A stretch of 60,295 nt of DNA. It comes from Chiloscyllium plagiosum. Taxonomy: Eukaryota. The DNA lies in NCBI RefSeq assembly GCF_004010195.1, contig NC_057759.1, positions 2,044,044-2,104,338 on the forward strand, in the 5' to 3' direction. Positions within the stretch are counted from its first letter, which is position 1, and every line of letters starts with the position of its first letter. Under the pieces are notes generated by a model that saw only the letters and a list, made by a program, of their open reading frames with translations, had not been told where the DNA came from and did not search any database. A program made the translations under genes and the position numbers. This document shows positions 12,663-26,158 of this stretch, one piece after another.

Positions 12663-13412
12663 TTAATTAACTTCTCTTACTGACAAATTATTGCCTTTCC
12701 ACTGTCTGTCTAATTAAGAACATGCAGTTTTTTTTGGAAAGTTTTGTAAAAAGGAAGCCTGTTTGAGACTGAAGTGTGGAGTACCGTGCAAGAGTTCTTG
12801 CAGGAAGAGCTGGTATCCTACTTTCCTCAGCTAGCCTGGCTTTTAGGTGTCAATGTTACGTTGTAACAGTGATGCTATTGGTAAATAAAGGGGAACGCTA
12901 AAATTAAACTAAACTGTTTGCAAAAGGTTTTTATTCCAGACTACCAAAGAGTATGCTCTCCAGGACGAACCAAGAGAGGCTTATAAGTCTGAGTCCACGA
13001 GGGATTCCATAGTCCGTCTCAAATCTATACTTTAACAATATGAATAGGAAGGGTTTAGAGAGAGATGGGCTAAGTGATGCCAAATGGGACTAGATTAGGA
13101 TATCTGGTCGGCATGGACAAGTTGGACCGAAGGGTCTGTTTCCATGCTATACGTCTCTAAGACTCGATGACACTTCGGTAACTCTTGCCCTGTCGGTGAG
13201 CACCGTTTCTTCCATCTCTGCACTTAACCCCTCCTTCACGGATGGTTGTTGAAACGACGCAACAATGTGGCCTATTTGTCTATCTTCATTGTAACTTTGA
13301 AAATGCCCTTAATAACTGCAGATTTTAATGCTGTCCCTGAATGTCTATTTTGGATGAGGATTCAGTTTATCTCTCTCCAACACTGGTGTGTAAACATCAA
13401 TGGGCTACATAC

Positions 13413-13492
13413 CTGCTGTTTGTTAGAGGCAGCTGGTTACTCTGTGCTTTGAACTGAGGAAGTATTAGTGTCTTAGTCCCTCAGGTGTTTAT
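13413..13492 (-). other. Candidate exon of the multi-copy gene (copy 2, 80 nt)
   Basis: Minus strand tcttcctccAG ... CAG|GTATGT; homologous to 9618-9699. Confidence 0.55.
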
Positions 13493-14094
13493 CTGGAGGA
13501 AGACACAGGAACACCACCTGTAAATCAACATGAGGCTAGTCTGACAATATTGAACTGATCATTGTCACATTCATAGTATATTAATTAGAATGTGTGTGTT
13601 TTTTTTTATTTAAAGCCAACAACTTAACCAGAACCACGGATCTGATTCCATTGTTGCCCTGAGCTGCTCTCTGTCTGGGGATTGTTCGTTTTTCATGTGA
13701 TTCGATACCAGTTGATTTGGAGATGTTGGTGTTGGACTGGGATGCATAATGTTACACATCAAGTGCTTCAAAAAAAAAACTGTTGGGACTATTACCTGGT
13801 GTTGTGCCACTTTTAAATTGATAGCAGTTGAGTGAGATCCAGAACCTGAGATCCAACAACTGCGCAGCACCATGAATGGGAATACTCAACCACCAGGATG
13901 CTTACACAGTTCAACATCCAACTCCCCAACCGCCTGTTGGAAAGAGGAAAAACGGCGCTATTTTTAATGTTTTTTATCAAGACCTCAGTGTATGTTCTTT
14001 TACATATCCCATCCCATTCCTACATTTGGTCCACCAACCTCGAGAAAGAGCGGGAAACATAATGAAATTTAAACAGAGTTCCGAGGACCATAAC

Positions 14095-14396
<302 letters not shown>

Positions 14397-14428
14397 GAAT
14401 AAAGAGACCCATTTCCAGCGAACCCAAA

Positions 14429-14470
14429 GGCTCTTTTCAGAGCCACCCAAACCCTCCGATAGAGAGCGGA
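14429..14470 (+). terminator. Histone 3' stem-loop plus purine-rich downstream element (H4)
   Basis: GGCTCTTTTCAGAGCC (14429-14444) then ACCCA; AGAGAGCGG at 14461. Confidence 0.95.
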
Positions 14471-14940
14471 GACCTGAGGACGGGGAAGGCAGCGCATACT
14501 GAGGGGAATGTTACTGTAGCCGGTTATTTCACGTTTATCGCGACTTTTACATTTATTTCTGTTCCGAAAATGAACTAATACCATTTTCTGCGGTACGGCA
14601 GAGAGCATTCGGAGTGGACGGTTCACTTTGTTGCTGTTTACCGGAGCGAATGATTTTAAAATTGCAAGTATTCCAACAGTGTAGTTAAGAGGCTATTCGG
14701 CCAATCGAGACACTACTCTTGTGCAACCTGGTTATTCCATGTAAAGCATCGCATCGTAACTCGTAATTGTAAGATGTAGCAGCAGCATTAGGGATTGCGG
14801 AAACATAGTAATTAGATGAGTGATGTTCACATCAAATTTTGGTATTGGGTTAGATATTTGTGGAAAAACCCCATTTCCTCATTGACTCCCTTTGCGTTAA
14901 CATGGCTTGTGGTGAGGTGGAGGCAGGAGAGAAAAGGGAA

Positions 14941-14993
14941 AAAATGGCGCCAAGAGACCAACGGCTTATTTTCAAATTTGAAAATGCCCGCCA
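14941..14993. promoter_or_regulatory. E2F-like/CHR-like module
   Basis: TGGCGCCAA, palindrome TTCAAATTTGAA, CCCGCCA; inverted homolog at 27515-27562. Confidence 0.4.
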
Positions 14994-15520
14994 TCACGTA
15001 TAAACGAGCAGGAGGATGCACGACTACGTGCACGTTGATTGGTTTTTCGATTAGGAAACTAAACTTCACACAATCTCACTTTACCGCATTCCCTCCTTTA
15101 CAGCTGAAAAATGACTGACTGCTGTTGAACACCCTCTCTCGCCAGAGGCTGGCGAAAATAAGAGTAGATACGAACCGAGCAGAGAATAAATTGCAGAGGC
15201 ATATGCTGCAGAGACAGTGGGAGGATTCAGCTCTTACTGATGCAGTTAAAGGAAATGTGAAGCTAAACCCGATCGGGAACATCCGTGACACTATTCTAGA
15301 CTCATTGATCAAACATAAAGATCATTCAGGCAGTGACCGTGCAATGAGGAATAATGTAGTTCCAGGCACTCTTACAATCGTATTCTATGATATAATCTTC
15401 CTCTGCTGCCACCGACAGTAACAGTATCCAATAAAAAGGAGATAGAAATGTAGCGATGTTAGGTACAACGGCCAGGGCTCTACGCATTAAAATGAAAATA
15501 AGCAATCCGACAGAGAATTT

Positions 15521-15561
15521 AACTCCTTTCACAGATGCTGTGAGTGGCTCTTAAAAGAGCC
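15521..15561 (-). terminator. Histone 3' stem-loop plus downstream element (H2A)
   Basis: Minus strand GGCTCTTTTAAGAGCC (15546-15561), then GAAAGGAGTT. Confidence 0.95.
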
Positions 15562-15591
15562 TTTGGGTTGTCAGATTCAAGAATGGTCTCT

Positions 15592-15945
<354 letters not shown>

Positions 15946-16812
15946 TTAGTGTTAGTGGATAGCGAAGAGGGTTAGCTCAGATTACAACAGGATCTGGACC
16001 AGATGGGCCAATGGGCTGAGAAGTGGCAGATGGAGTTTAATTCAGATAAATGCGAGTTGCTGCATTTTGGGAAAGCAAATCTTAGCAGGACTTATGCACT
16101 GAATGGTAAGGTCCGAGGGAATGTTGCTGAACAAAGAGACCTGGGAGTGCAGGTTCATAGCTCCTTGGAACTGGAGTCGCAGGTAGATAGGATAGTGAAG
16201 ATGATGTTTGGTATGCTTTCCTTTATTGGTCAGAGTATTGAGTATAGGAGTTGGGAGGTCATGTTGCAGCTGTACAGGACAGTGGGTCGGCCATTGTTGG
16301 AATATTGCATGCAATTCTGGTCTCCTTCTTATCGGAAAGATTTTGTGAAACTTGAAAGGGTTCAGAAAAGATTTACAAGAATGTTGTCAGGGTTGGAGGA
16401 TTTGAGCTAAAGGGAGAGGCTGAACAGGCTGGGGCTGTTTTCCCTGGAGTGTCAGAGGCTGAGGGGTGACCTTATAGAGGTTTACAAAATTCTGAGAGGC
16501 ATGGATAAGATAAATAGACAAAGTCTTTTCCCTGGGGTTGGGGAGTCCAGAACTAGAGGGGAAAGATATAAATGAGACCTCAGGGGCAACTTTCTCACGC
16601 AGAGGGTGGTATGTGTTTGGAATGAGCTGCCAGAGGAAGTGGTGGAGGCTAGTACAATTGCACATTTAAGAGATGTTTGGATGGGTATATGAATACGAAG
16701 GGTTTGGAGGGATATGGTCCGGGTGCTGGCAGGTGGGACTAGATTGGGTTGGGATATCTGGTTGGCATGGACAGGTTGGACCAAAGAATCTGTTTCCATG
16801 CTGTACATCTCT
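15946..16812 (+). mobile_element. 5'-truncated CR1 LINE
   Basis: WAEKWQMEFNSDKC...RPLLEYCMQFWSP, then 3' UTR ending ctgtacatctct. Confidence 0.92.
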
Positions 16813-17034
16813 CTGTAGGGATTTATAGCATTTCTCCGTGTTACGCGACTACCTGTTAACCAGCAACTGTTAGCATGCTATATACGTGTCACTTTAACTT
16901 TGTATCTGTCATGTCCTTATTTACACATTTTGCATTAACTCAACATCTGTCCATTCAGACTCTGGTCCTCTGTGTAATAGTCAATTAGTGTTACTTCAAG
17001 AGAGATTTTATTCTGTATCCATCAAGCACTGAAT

Positions 17035-17490
17035 GTAGAACATAGAACAATACAGCACAGAACAGGCCCTTCAGCCCACGATGTTGTGCCGAACATTTGT
17101 CCTAGCTTAAGCACCTATCCATGTACACATCCAATTGCCGCTTAAAGGTCACTAATGATTCTGACTCTGCCACTCCCACAGGCAGCGCATTCCATGCCCC
17201 CACCACTCTCTAGGTAAAGAACCTACCCCTGACATCCCCCNNNNNNNNNNNNNNNNNNNNNNNNNNNNNNNNNNNNNNNNNNNNNNNNNNNNNNNNNNNN
17301 NNNNNNNNNNNNNNNNNNNNNNAAACGAGGTGACCAGAACTGCACACAGTACTCCAAATGTGACCTTACCAAGGTCCTGTACAGCTGCAACATCACCTCA
17401 AGACTCTTGAATTCAATCCCTCTGCTAATGAACGCAAATACACCATAGGCCTTCTTACAAGCTCTATCTACCTGAGTGGCAACTTTCAAA
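17035..17490 (-). mobile_element. CR1 3' fragment spanning N-gap 17241-17322; absent from the mirror arm
   Basis: LYRTLVRSHLEYCVQFWSP and a (tagaaca)n tail. Confidence 0.85.
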
Positions 17491-17714
17491 GAGAAAGCAG
17501 TAATACGTTACACTATTTGCCAGCCACTTAGAAATATTCCTGCAATCTGTGCCCTTAGGAGAGGGGAGGACGACAGATGCTGAGGATGAGAGGGTTTATG
17601 CCTGAAACACCGAGATGAAGGGCTTATGCCCGATACATTGACTCTCCTGCTTCCCGGATGCTGGCTGACCTGCTGTGCTTTTCCAGCACCACACTCTGTA
17701 CACCAATCAAAAAC

Positions 17715-19200
17715 TACACTTCCATATTCACAGATCAGAAACTGGCAGGTACAGATGGATAGGTGAAAGTGAGGACCGCAGATGCTGGAGATTAGAGTCA
17801 GGAGTGTGGTGCTGAAAAAGCACAGTAGGTCAGGATGCATCCAAGGAGCAGAAGAATTGAGGTTTTGGCTAAAAGCCCTTCATCAGTACAGATGGATAAC
17901 TAAATCATACATTCACATAGCAGAAACTGACAGGGAAAGATTGACAACCACACTCATGCATTCATGCTGCAGAAAGCAAAAAGTACATTTCAATACAGAC
18001 CCCCACACGTTTACTTGGCAGAAGATGGCAGGTAGATATTGATAACAATGTTCAAATTTTAACAATGCAGAAACTGACATGGACAGATTGATAATTAAAC
18101 AATCACATTCACAGAGCAAAAACTGTCATATTCACATAGCAGAAACCAACAGGTATGGGGTGATAACTTCACTCAAGTATGCATGTACAAGAATCTTATT
18201 GGGAGAAAGTAATACCTCTACTCGTATATTCAGTGAGTGGAAATCCACAGGTACAGGCAGATAACTTTACTTAAGTATGCACATTGCAGAACTGACAGGG
18301 AGAGTGTGACAACTGTACTCTCATATTCACGTGGCAGAATCTGCAAGTTGCAGATTGATATATAGGCTCTCATTGTAAGTATAAAATGGTTGGGCATATT
18401 CTCACTGGAGATCCCACCCCTGCTATTGGGGCAGCTCAGTGGTTAGCACTGCTGCCTCACAGCAATAGGGTCCCAGGTTCGATTCCACCCTTGGGTGACT
18501 GTCTGTGTACAGAAGCTCATATTCATAGGGTATGGGAGTGGAGGTGAGTCCTACCTGTGTCTGTCCAAAGTGGTATCCAGTACTTTCAAAGTTGTAGGTA
18601 CTACAGGAAACACATTCTTATGTCAATGGATGACACCTACAGAGTAAAAGAAGTTACACTTAAAAAGGTTTGAGTTACAGTCTAGTGACATGTACTACTG
18701 ACATGTAAAGACTGTGAAATAGGGTTTACAAAAATGCTTTACATCCCAGAAACAGATTTGTCCATCAGTCTCTGCAATTTGAATATGACTGTCTAGCTAT
18801 CTATCTCTCCCTGTCAGTTTCTGTGACGTGAAGATGACAGTCCATTTATCTATCTGCCCCGGTCAAATTCTGCTGTGTGAATATGAGTGTAATTATTAGT
18901 CTCTACCTGTCAGCTTTTGCTATGCCAATGCAATGTTCGTTATCAATCTGCCTCATTAGGTTCTATTGATATAGTTATCAACATATACCTGCCAGATTTT
19001 TCTCTGGAAATATGAGAGTGTATTATCAAAATGTACCTGTCTGTTTCTGGAATGTGAATGTGTTTGTGCAATCATCAGTCTATCCCTGACAGCTTCAACT
19101 ATATGTATGGATGAGAGCATCTGTACCTGAAAGTATCTGTACCTGTCAGTTTGTGCTCTGTGAATAAGTGAGTGTACTTATATATTTGTCTCTGTTAAAC
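17715..19200. repeat. Degenerate ~47-bp satellite (+ at 17715-18370, - at 18760-19200)
   Basis: Recurring CATTCACATAGCAGAAACTGACAGGTACAGATTGATAACTACACT-like units. Confidence 0.7.
17762..17885 (-). mobile_element. Short PLE-derived insertion with 13-bp flanking duplication
   Basis: GTACAGATGGATA at 17749-17761 and 17886-17898; degenerate CTGATGAAGGGCTTTT motif on minus strand. Confidence 0.75.
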
Positions 19201-19281
19201 TTGCAGAAACTGCAGGAGCTCCTTTTACTTAAAATCTCTGTTGCTCAACGTGAATAAGATTTCATCAATTACCATCCATAT

Positions 19282-19765
19282 CAGGATGGCATGTTGGCAC
19301 AGTGGTGCCAGGGAAACAGATTCAATTCCAACCATGCTTCATTATCGGTGTACAGTTTGCACATTCTGCCCGTGTCTCCATGGGTTTCCTCTGGGTGCTC
19401 TTGTTTTTCTGCATGGTCCAAACATGTCAGGATGGCCTGGTGGCACAGTGATGCCAGGGATGCAGTTTCAATTTCAGCCTTGGTTCATTACCAGTGTGCA
19501 GTTTGCATGTTCTGCCCGTGTCTGCATGGGTTTCCACTGGGTGCTCTTGTTTTTTTGCATGGTCCAAACATGTGCAGGTTTGCTGGATTAGCCATGGTAA
19601 ATTGTCCTGTAGTCTTCAAGGATGCGCAGTGTCAGTAGGTTAACTGTAGTAAACATGGAGTTATGGGGATAGGGTGGGGTCTACATCTGGGTGAGATCTG
19701 CTTTGGAGAGTTGTTGCAGGGGACTGGGCCAAATGACCTCTATCTGCACTGGAGAAATTCTATGT
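19282..19765 (+). mobile_element. Old tRNA-derived SINE with a tandemly duplicated ~145-bp 5' part
   Basis: TCAGGATGGC..TGGCACAGTG...GCATGGTCCAAACATGT repeated from ~19427; CR1-like tail. Confidence 0.7.
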
Positions 19766-20159
19766 ACTGTAAATGAAAGTGAGACTTTTTATACCATTGT
19801 CAGTCTCTGACAGTATACAGCAGTTTGGACAATTTCCACAACTTTTATTCTATGGTACGGTTTATGATTGTGCATTTTGAATTAATTGTTCACATGTTTA
19901 TAACAAGACCACTTTATGAGAGCTTTTGCATTCTGTGTCCAATAATCTCTGGGGATCTGTCTTAACGTGTACCTTTTCATGTCAATATTTCATTTCCCTT
20001 TGGACCACTTGAAAACAAAGTATTTATTCAGTCATTTAATAAGAGATGCGTTCGGTTTTCACTTTGTGAAAATGAATTAAATTGCGATATTTGTTTCAAT
20101 CTGACACTTAGCCTGCTATCTAATTCCTCCAGTTTGGAAAAACTGGATTGATACATGAA

Positions 20160-20800
20160 AGACTCAGGAGGCAGGCAGGATTCAGGCAAGTGGTAGGTGT
20201 TTATTCAAGAAGAAACTGGTTAATGCAGGGAAAGGATCTTCCCCTAAGACTGTCCTCGGAGGAGAGCGCCATGGCACACTCTGATTTTACAATAAAAAAG
20301 CAGTATCTTTTGTACACTTTTTGTGATCACATACAATGTAATTAATATATTCCTTCCTCTTACTTTGCATACCCTATCCTATGAGACACCTAATCAATGA
20401 TGGGCATCCATTGGACAACTCCAGGTTCACATGATCTCAAGGTGATTAGCAGATACTGTCATCGCTCAGCCTTGGGATCTTCCTATGTCTCCTATTTGTT
20501 TACATTCCAGAGTTACTTGCGATACTCCTTCAGGTTTCTGTCAGTCTAGCTTATCATGAGGGACATCCTGAATGCTGTTATTCATTGCATTTAATCTTAA
20601 TCAAATTCTATTGCTCTTCTTACATGCCCCAAAGCCCTTTTTATATATGAAGAAAAAAACAGAAAAAGAGTTAATTTTGCATTAATTGCTATAAAATTTG
20701 TAATTTTAATTTCTCTTATAAGGTTAGTTAAAATGTGTAAAGTCACACAGTTACAAAACTGAGTAGTATAAGATAACTCTAGCTGTTGCCCCCTCAGTTG
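20160..20800 (-). mobile_element. LTR-like repeat (copies at ~46890-47540 and ~31000-31609)
   Basis: Three homologous copies; the 31-kb copy has TTTATAAAA, AATAAA and ends in CA, inserted into CR1. Confidence 0.45.
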
Positions 20801-21762
20801 TTTTAGGGGATTAATGGGCTGAATCTAACATCTGGTGCCTGTTCATTTCCTGGCACATTTCCCTTTCATTTAATGTGGCTGGAATTACTCGTTTATTAGA
20901 TCTTAGGTCTGCTAGTCAGAACTGTTTCAATTGGGAACAGGCTGGATCCTTTTTACTGTCCTCTGAGTGGGTTGTTCAATGGTATCATTATGCCTCAGTG
21001 TGTGTGAACAGGCTGATGTGCTTAGTTTCTGCCATTGTGTTTCACGTCCTGCTGTTTAATTCTACTTTCCACTTATCGGTCAGTTTGTGTTAACAGATAT
21101 GGGCCACTCTATTCTGGCAGGTACAGGCCACCCCCATAGTCTTTGACAAAGTCCCATATAAAAGACTGGTCTAAGATTGGCTCTTGGAGTCTTATGCAAA
21201 CTGAATCTGAAATTAGTTTGCAGACAGGATGCAAAGTGTGATTGTGATGGGTTGTGTTTGTGATTGGAAGACTGTGACCAGCGGTGTCCCACAGGGATCA
21301 GTGCTGGGACCCTTGCTGTTATGTACATTAACGACTTGGATGTGAATGTAGAAGGTACGATTACTATGTTTCTGGATGAGATTTTAGTGTGGAAGTGCAA
21401 AATAATGTGTTGGTGCAGGCTTGGAGGACAAAGGGCATGTGACTGTGCTGTACTGTTCTTTCTTCTTCGACATGAAAATTGGCAGCACTGTTGACAGTGA
21501 CAGGGTGGTCTCAGACTAGTGAGTACCACCGGCAGAACACTGGCTCTGATATTCGTGATAAGTGTGAGATAATGCATTTTCGGAGGTCTAACAAGGGAAA
21601 GAATTACACAATGAAGGGTAAGTCCCTAGGTTGTACTGAGGAACAGAGGGACCTTGGTATACAAGTCTATAGATCCCAGAAGGAAACAGCACAGGTGGAC
21701 AGGCTGCTGAAGGAGGCACACAGAATGCTGGCTTTTATTACCTGAGCTGTACAATTGAAAAG

Positions 21763-21972
21763 GAGAAAGTGAGGTCTGCAGATGCTGGAGATCAAAGTTG
21801 AAACTTTATTGCTGGAACAGCACAGCAGGTCAGGCAGCATCCAGGGAACAGGAGATTCGACGTTTCGGGCACAGGCCCTTCTTCAGAAGAAGGGCCTGTG
21901 CCCGAAACGTCGAATCTCCTGTTCCCTGGATGCTGCCTGACCTGCTGTGCTGTTCCAGCAATAAAGTTTCAA
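21763..21972. mobile_element. Young PLE-derived palindromic element with hammerhead motif
   Basis: 88-bp arms (21797-21884 / 21886-21973) around one base; CTGTACAATTGAAAAG at 21747-21762 and 21973-21988. Confidence 0.9.
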
Positions 21973-22739
21973 CTGTACAATTGAAAAGCAAGGCGCTCTT
22001 AGGACAACTTTATAGAACATTGATTAGGCCACAGATGGAATACTGTGTGCAGGTCTGGCTGCCACCTTATCAGAAGGATGTGATTGTACTGAAGAGGGTG
22101 CAGTGGGCTGGAATGTCTACATTCTGAGGCAAGACTGGATAGGCTGAGTTTTGTTTCCTTGGAGCAGAGGAGGCTGAGGGAGGATCTGACTGAAGAATAC
22201 CAAATTATCAGAAATGTAGGCAGAGTAGATTGAGAGAATCTTTCTCCCCGTGACCAATGTGTCTAAGTCCAGAGGGCACCAGTTGAAGTTGAGGAGAAAA
22301 CAGCTGAGAGGAAATGTGAGAAAAATATTTTGACCCAGAGGGTGGGTAAAGTTTGGAACATTCTGCCTGAGAGGGTGGTTGGGTACTCACACATCATTTA
22401 AGCAGCATTTGGACATGCCTTTAAAAAGCCAGGGTATAGTCAGCTAGGGGCCAAGGGCAGGTAAATGGGACGAATGTAGTTTGGTGTTTGTTGGAAATGG
22501 TGGTCCAAAGGGTCTGTTTCTATGCTGTATGACTATATCTCTATAACATCCTTGTAAATCTTTACTGTACCACCTTAAGTTTAACAACATCCTTCTTGTA
22601 GCAGGTTGATGAGTGGATTCACCAATGTCCTGCACAGCCACCAGATGACCTCCGAACTCCTACACTCAGTATTCTGAAAATGAAGACAAGCACTCCAAAT
22701 GTCTTTTTCACTACCCTATCTATCAGCAACTACTTTCTT

Positions 22740-22910
22740 GGAAGTGCCAGTGTTGGAATCGGGTGGACAAAGTGAAAAATGACAACACCAGGTTTTCATC
22801 CAACAGGTTTATTTGGAAACACTAGCTTTTGAAGCACTGTACCTTCATCAGGTGGTTGAAGGACGAACAATGCTTTGAAAGTTAGTGCTTCCAAATAAAC
22901 CTGTTGGAGT
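22740..22910. mobile_element. Family-B PLE-derived imperfect palindrome (mirror at ~44800-44970)
   Basis: CCAACAGGTTTATTTGGAA...TTCCAAATAAACCTGTTGG arms; degenerate CAC-CTGATGA...AAAAGCTA-GTG. Confidence 0.7.
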
Positions 22911-23615
22911 ACATTCAAGGAAATCTTCACCGGCACACTGAGGTTTCTTAGTTCAGCAACACTCCCCAATGCCATACCATTAAGTGTGGAATTCGTGCCT
23001 TGGTTTGCCTTCTCAAAATGTATGTAAACTAAACTACAACTGCCACTCCTCAGCACACTGACCCACCTGACAAGAGGTATAGTTAGTAAGTATGCACATG
23101 ACACCAAAATTGGAGGCGTAATGGACAGCAAAGAAGATTACCTCGGATTACAACAGGATCTTGCTCAGATGGGCCAATGGGCTGAGAAGTGGCAGATAGA
23201 GTTTAATTTAGATAAATGTGATGTGCTGCATTTTGGGAAAGCAAATCTTAGCAAGACTTATAAACATAATGATAAGGTCCGAGGGAGTGTTGCTGAACAA
23301 AGAGACCTTGGAGTGTAGGTTCATAGCTCCTTGAAAGTGGAGTTGCAGGTCAATATGATAGTGAAGGTGGCGTTTGGTATGCTTTCCTTTATTGATCAGT
23401 GAATTGATTACAGGAGTTGGAAGATCATGTTGCGGCTTTACAGGATATTGGTTAGGCCACTGTTGGAATATTGCATGCAAATCTGGTCTCATACCTATTG
23501 GAATGATGTTGTAAAAGTTGAAGGGGTTCAGAAGAGATTTACAAGGATGTTGCCAGGGTTGGAGTATTTGAGGTATTGGGAGAGGTTGAATACGCTTAAG
23601 GCTGTTTTCGGAGGG

Positions 23616-23678
23616 GAAGGAACTGATCACACTTGGCTTTGCCCTGAGGGAATGTGTCTTGGTCCTTCAAGTATTTGT
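23616..23678 (-). other. Truncated copy of the ~82-nt exon (copy 3; donor deleted)
   Basis: Acceptor tctgtcttcctccAG retained; 3' part fused to CR1; intact mirror at 43467-43542. Confidence 0.5.
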
Positions 23679-23879
23679 CTGGAGGAAGACAGAGACATCT
23701 CCTGTAAATCAACATTAAGTTTGACAGTATCAAACCTTTGAACGTAACATTCATTTAATAATCATGTTTTTTTTCAAACCGGCAACAGAACTACAGGTCT
23801 GATTCTATTCTTGGCCCGAGCTATTCTTTGTCTGGTGATTATAATAAAAACATTGATGCCAATTCACTGAGAACCAGAT

Positions 23880-24585
23880 ACTAACCAACACCTCCACAAT
23901 AGGGCAAACCAATGCAAGTTTTTATCTGGATCTGAGAGTTTCCTTATCAATCCATACCTGTCAGTTCCTGCGAGGTGAATGTGGGAGTACAGCTGCCAAC
24001 CTGTACCTGTCAATAAAAGCTGTGCAAATGTGAGAGTGAATGTAGTTGTCAATCTATCCATGTCACACTCTGGTAAACATATTTACATTTTGCAGAGACT
24101 GACAGGGACAGATTAATAAATACACTCACACATTCACATAGCATAAACTGACAGGTATAGATTGATAACTAAATTCATATATCCACACAGAATAAAATTG
24201 CAGGGACTGGTTGTTAAATACAGTTATATAAATAAGATCAGTTCCTATGTGTTTCACTGATGGGGATGTGAGAGTTTAGTCATCAATATGTACCTGTCAG
24301 TTTTTGCCCTGTGAATGTGAGTTTACATACCAATCTGTCCTGAACAGTTTCTGTGTATCTGATGTGTAGTTATCAACCTGAACCTGTCAGTTTCAGCTAT
24401 GAGAACGCAAGTGTCATTATCAGTATCTACCCGTCAGTTTCTGCTGTATGAATATTAAATGCAGTCATCAAATTGTACCCATCAGTTTCTTCCGTGTGAA
24501 TGTAGATATTGATCTCTATTTGTCTGCTTTCGCTATACCAATGTGTGAATGCAGTTATCAAACAGTACCTGTCAGGTTTTGCTAT
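23880..24585 (-). repeat. ~47-bp satellite array
   Basis: Recurring ...GTTATCAATCTGTACCTGTCAGTTTCTGC... units. Confidence 0.7.
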
Positions 24586-24909
24586 TTGAGAGGAGGAGCG
24601 TATAACTGGGGTCAGATGGAACTTTTATGTTGTTGGTTGCTTTCCCAAGACAGGGGAAGTGGAATTGGAGCCTTTGGATGGAAGGCTCCTTTCAGTGATG
24701 GACTGGGCTGTGTCACAACTCTCTGTAGTATCTTGTGGTCTTGGGCAGAACAGAAACCATACTACGCTGTGACACATCCAAATGGGATGCTTTCTGTGAT
24801 GCATCTAGAAAAGTTTGCAAGAGTCTTTATGGACATGCTGAATTCCCTTAGCCATCTGAGGAAATCTGCTTGGTGAACATCATAGAAATGTCATGGAAAC
24901 AGAATCTTC

Positions 24910-25428
24910 CAGCACCCGGCCCATATCCCTCCAAATACTTCCTATTCATATACCCATCTCAATGCCTTTTAAATGCTGCAATTGTACCAGCCTCCACCAC
25001 TTCCTCCTGACAGGCCATTCCATACAAGTACCACCCTCTGCATGAAAACTTGCCCTTTAGATCTCTTTTATATCTTTCCCCTCTCACCCTAAACCTATGC
25101 CCTCTAGTTCTGGACTCCCCCAACCCAGGGAAAAGACTTTGTCTATTTATCCTATCCATGCCCCTCATGATTTTATAATCCTCTATAATATCACCCCTCA
25201 GCCTCTGATGCTCCAGGGAAAACAGCCCTAGCCTATTCAACCTCTCCCCATAGCTCAAATCCTCCAAACCTGGCAACATCCGTGTAAATCTTTTCTGAAC
25301 CCTTTCAAGATTCACAATATCATTCCTATGGGAAGGAAACCAGAATTGCATGCAATATTCCAACAGTGGCCTAACCAATGTCCTGTACAGCTGCAAGGTG
25401 ACCTCCCAACAACTGTACTCAATACTGA
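24910..25428 (-). mobile_element. CR1 3' fragment (mirror of 40930-41550)
   Basis: ORF 24959-25396 QLYRTLVRPLLEYCMQFW... Confidence 0.9.
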
Positions 25429-25691
25429 ATGTGTTTGGGTAATTGTCAATCCAAGTCTGCCAGGTTCTGCTATGTGAATATGAGAATTTACTTTTTAACA
25501 GTCCCTGTCAGTTTTTGCTTCATGAATGTTTTGTTTAGTTAAGAACCCTTCCCGGTCAGGCTCTGTAATGTAAATGTGAGTGCATTTATCAATGTTTGCA
25601 TGACAGATTTTCTATTGTGAACATGTGAATGTGGTTATTAATTTTCCCTGGTAGTTTCTACTGTGAATATGAAAATGTAGTTATTAATCTC

Positions 25692-26158
25692 GAAATGAAA
25701 ACCTAAAGAATTGCAAATGCTGGAAATCAGAAACAAAATCAAATTGCTGGAAAAGCTCAGCAGGTCTGACAGAGTCTGTGAACAGAAATCAGAGTTAAAA
25801 TTTCCAATCCAGTAACCCTTCCTGTGACGAGATGGTAGCCAGGAAAATATTAGATTTTCTGCAGAAGATAGGGTGTATTGAAGGGTAAGGGAGTAAATGG
25901 TGGATGGATATAGAATCCAAAGAGAGGTAAGAACAGTTGAACAGATAAACTAGTGGATCACAGTCAGACGAGGATGGTAATAGCTATTAATAGAGACTGT
26001 TAGTGAGTTTTGGTGTACAATAGAAGACCCTATGATAACACTATGTGGTGAGAGAGGTTTTGGGTAATGATACGGGAGAGCTCTAGCTCTAAAGTTGTAG
26101 AATTCAATATGGAGTCCAGAAGGCTGTTGAGTTTCCAAGCAGAAAATGAGGTGCTGTT
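25692..26158 (-). mobile_element. PLE 3' end (mirror of 40200-40665), runs into N-gap 26159-26658
   Basis: QHLIFCLETQQPSGLHIEF, typical of PLE GIY-YIG ends. Confidence 0.75.

Larger units (their letters stand above)
21100..23612. mobile_element. Nest of CR1 fragments in both orientations with PLE-derived insertions
   Basis: CR1 RT motifs in ORFs 21264, 21479, 22444(-), 23121, 23427; mirrored at ~43730-46570. Confidence 0.8.

Noticed and set aside
11790..13020. Possible retroviral internal sequence after the left LTR
   Set aside because: No match to the gag region of the right-arm copy and no recognisable motif; left unassigned
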